From assembly GCF_036321535.1 (NCBI RefSeq), contig NC_087438.1, positions 6,264,001 to 6,328,000 of the forward strand: a DNA stretch of 64,000 nt, written 5' to 3'. The position numbers and the translations under genes are program-made. Shown here piece by piece: positions 62,248-64,000 of this stretch; the first letter of the stretch is position 1, and each line of letters begins with the position of its first letter. The notes below the pieces were generated by a model that searched no databases, was not told the DNA's origin, and saw nothing but the letters and a program-made list of their open reading frames with translations. Origin of the DNA: Camelus dromedarius. Its lineage: Eukaryota.

Positions 62248-63409
62248 GGCTAATTGATGCGCAATCCGTAAAATGACTTTAAAGTCTAAATCAAAAGCCT
62301 TCCCACTGCCACTCCCCCAGCTTTCCTCTCCTTAGACTGAGGGGATTCAATCTGCCAGGCAAAGCGGGGGCCACACTGTTTCCCTGGGGCCGGGGGTGGG
62401 GGGATAATGGCTGATTTCTGGGGGTGACTCTTCCCGCCCGAGTCCTGTGATCACGCTTCTCTTCCCGAAGCAGGGAGGTAAGAACTCTGTCAGCTCTCTG
62501 CCAGTCTGTTTTCCTCCAGGTGGCAGGTTCTGACTTCCCAGTGGTGTTTACATCAGTGGGAATTAAGTTAGGGGCTGTTCTTGGCTGCCTCATCGCCCGC
62601 ATCCCTGGGCAGTACCACCTCCGCGCTGCGCTGGGGCCCCCGGCTGTGCCCGGGCTGCGTGCGAGGACGGCGCCGTGACCTTCCACTGTCCTACGCTGCC
62701 CCCATGTCCAGCCCTCTCCAGGTTCCCCTGCTCCTCAAAGTGCAGCAGACTTTCCTTCATTTTACGAAACTAACACATACTTGTGGTGGCTAAGTCTTAG
62801 AGTGAGGATGTGGAGGAAAAGGAACAGGTCCCCGCACTCTCCATGCCCAGAGGTCACCACCCACTCTGCTGAGTCGCTTTATTGTTTGCACAGTTTTTTC
62901 ATTCTACTTACTAACTGGGTTATGCAAAAAAGACTAAAATTAAAATCATTTCACTCGTTTTTTTTGAGGTCAAACTTGACTAAAATATATTTTTAAAATA
63001 CTGTTCTTTCAAAATAACTTTCCGAGGAAAACAGCTATGAGGATTTGAAAACGCCGTACTGTTGGCTCTGAGTTATCATGTGTGCACACCTGGATGGTGC
63101 AGGCAGGTGCTTTTCTCAGCCTCTCCTGAGGCCTCAGGGTCACCTCTAGAACAGCTGGAGGATGCAGACACAGTTTACAATAACCCAGGAGTACAAAACC
63201 TCCTTTTGGTCTTCTTATCCTATCCTGGTGGCAGACATGATAACAAAGACACTCATGGGAGTGGCTGTGAGCAGACATGGGTCTCCCCTGGCACCACCTA
63301 CCTCTAGCTCTCAGAACACACGGGACAAATGCCGTCAAACGAGTCGTTCCTGCTGAAACCTACCACTGAACCGGATGCCCTCATTATATTGGGGCCAGTG
63401 CAGAGAACC

Positions 63410-63650
63410 AAAGACAAAGTCTGAGCCTAGGGGACAAAGCTCTGAACCTGGGTTTCCCATCGCATCAGCTGTGTGACCTTGGGCAGGATGCTCAAAGTCT
63501 GAGCCACCATTTCCTCCTCTGAAAACTGAAGATGACATTTGACTTTTCTCTCAGGGCGTAATGATTAAGGAAAGGGGGGGATAAAATCTAGCACAGCGCC
63601 AGACATGTACAAGAATCTTGGGAAATTGTAACAGTTGTTACCATTTATAA
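63410..63650 (+). mobile_element. MIR SINE
   Basis: acctgggtttcccat..gctgtgtgaccttgggcaggatgctcaaagtctgagccaccatttcctcctctgaaaactg...tagcacagcgccagacatgt. Confidence 0.7.
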
Positions 63651-64000
63651 ACATTTTAATAGATACACTGCATTGCCTTTGAAAAACAGATATTCAAAAG
63701 ATGAAAAATGTGAATATGATTTTGAAGGAGACAAATAATTTAGTTATGTTCAATTTCTCTTCTTTTAACACTTTGAAATTCATTTATAAAATGGATTTTC
63801 TAATAACAAATTACTTATATTCTATTATGAAAAGTATATTTAACAAAGAAATGAGTATTTACTGCTAATTGTTACCCTGTTCCTATTTAGTGTACTTCTT
63901 TAGGCATATTTCTGGAAAATCAATGGCTTTTGTCAAAAAAAAAACAAAACTCCATCTTTCCTCATTCTTTATTTTTTAAAAATCTGGTCATGTAGGTATC

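Noticed and set aside
52137..64000. Search for the preceding SEMA5A sema-domain exon
   Set aside because: No matching translation found; it probably lies beyond the right edge of the window.

Overview
Mammalian genomic DNA, not prokaryotic. The window lies inside the semaphorin-5A gene (SEMA5A), transcribed on the minus strand. Four internal coding exons have clean AG/GT boundaries and splice in frame: 52019-52136 (118 bp), 44667-44848 (182 bp), 39406-39549 (144 bp) and 27441-27588 (148 bp). They encode the end of the PSI domain and the first three thrombospondin type-1 repeats, and probably correspond to human exons 13-16 (numbering from memory). The rest is intron, rich in interspersed repeats: old and young LINE-1 fragments, MaLR/ERV LTRs, L2, MIR, hAT MITEs and microsatellites. 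Artiodactyl-type L1 3' ends, with no recognisable ruminant, pig or whale SINEs, suggest a camelid (inference). Almost all other ORFs in the track are spurious or L1-derived. I found no convincing new biological system. The best second-look items are: a ~70 bp locally templated insertion inside an L1; two neighbouring 5'-inverted (twin-primed) L1s with target-site duplications; a nested LTR-internal-LTR MaLR provirus; an in-frame read-through from exon 16 across an 18-bp minisatellite to a candidate intronic poly(A) site (possible secreted isoform); and inverted L1 pairs able to form dsRNA in the pre-mRNA. Repeat subfamily names come from recalled consensus sequences and need RepeatMasker/Dfam confirmation.
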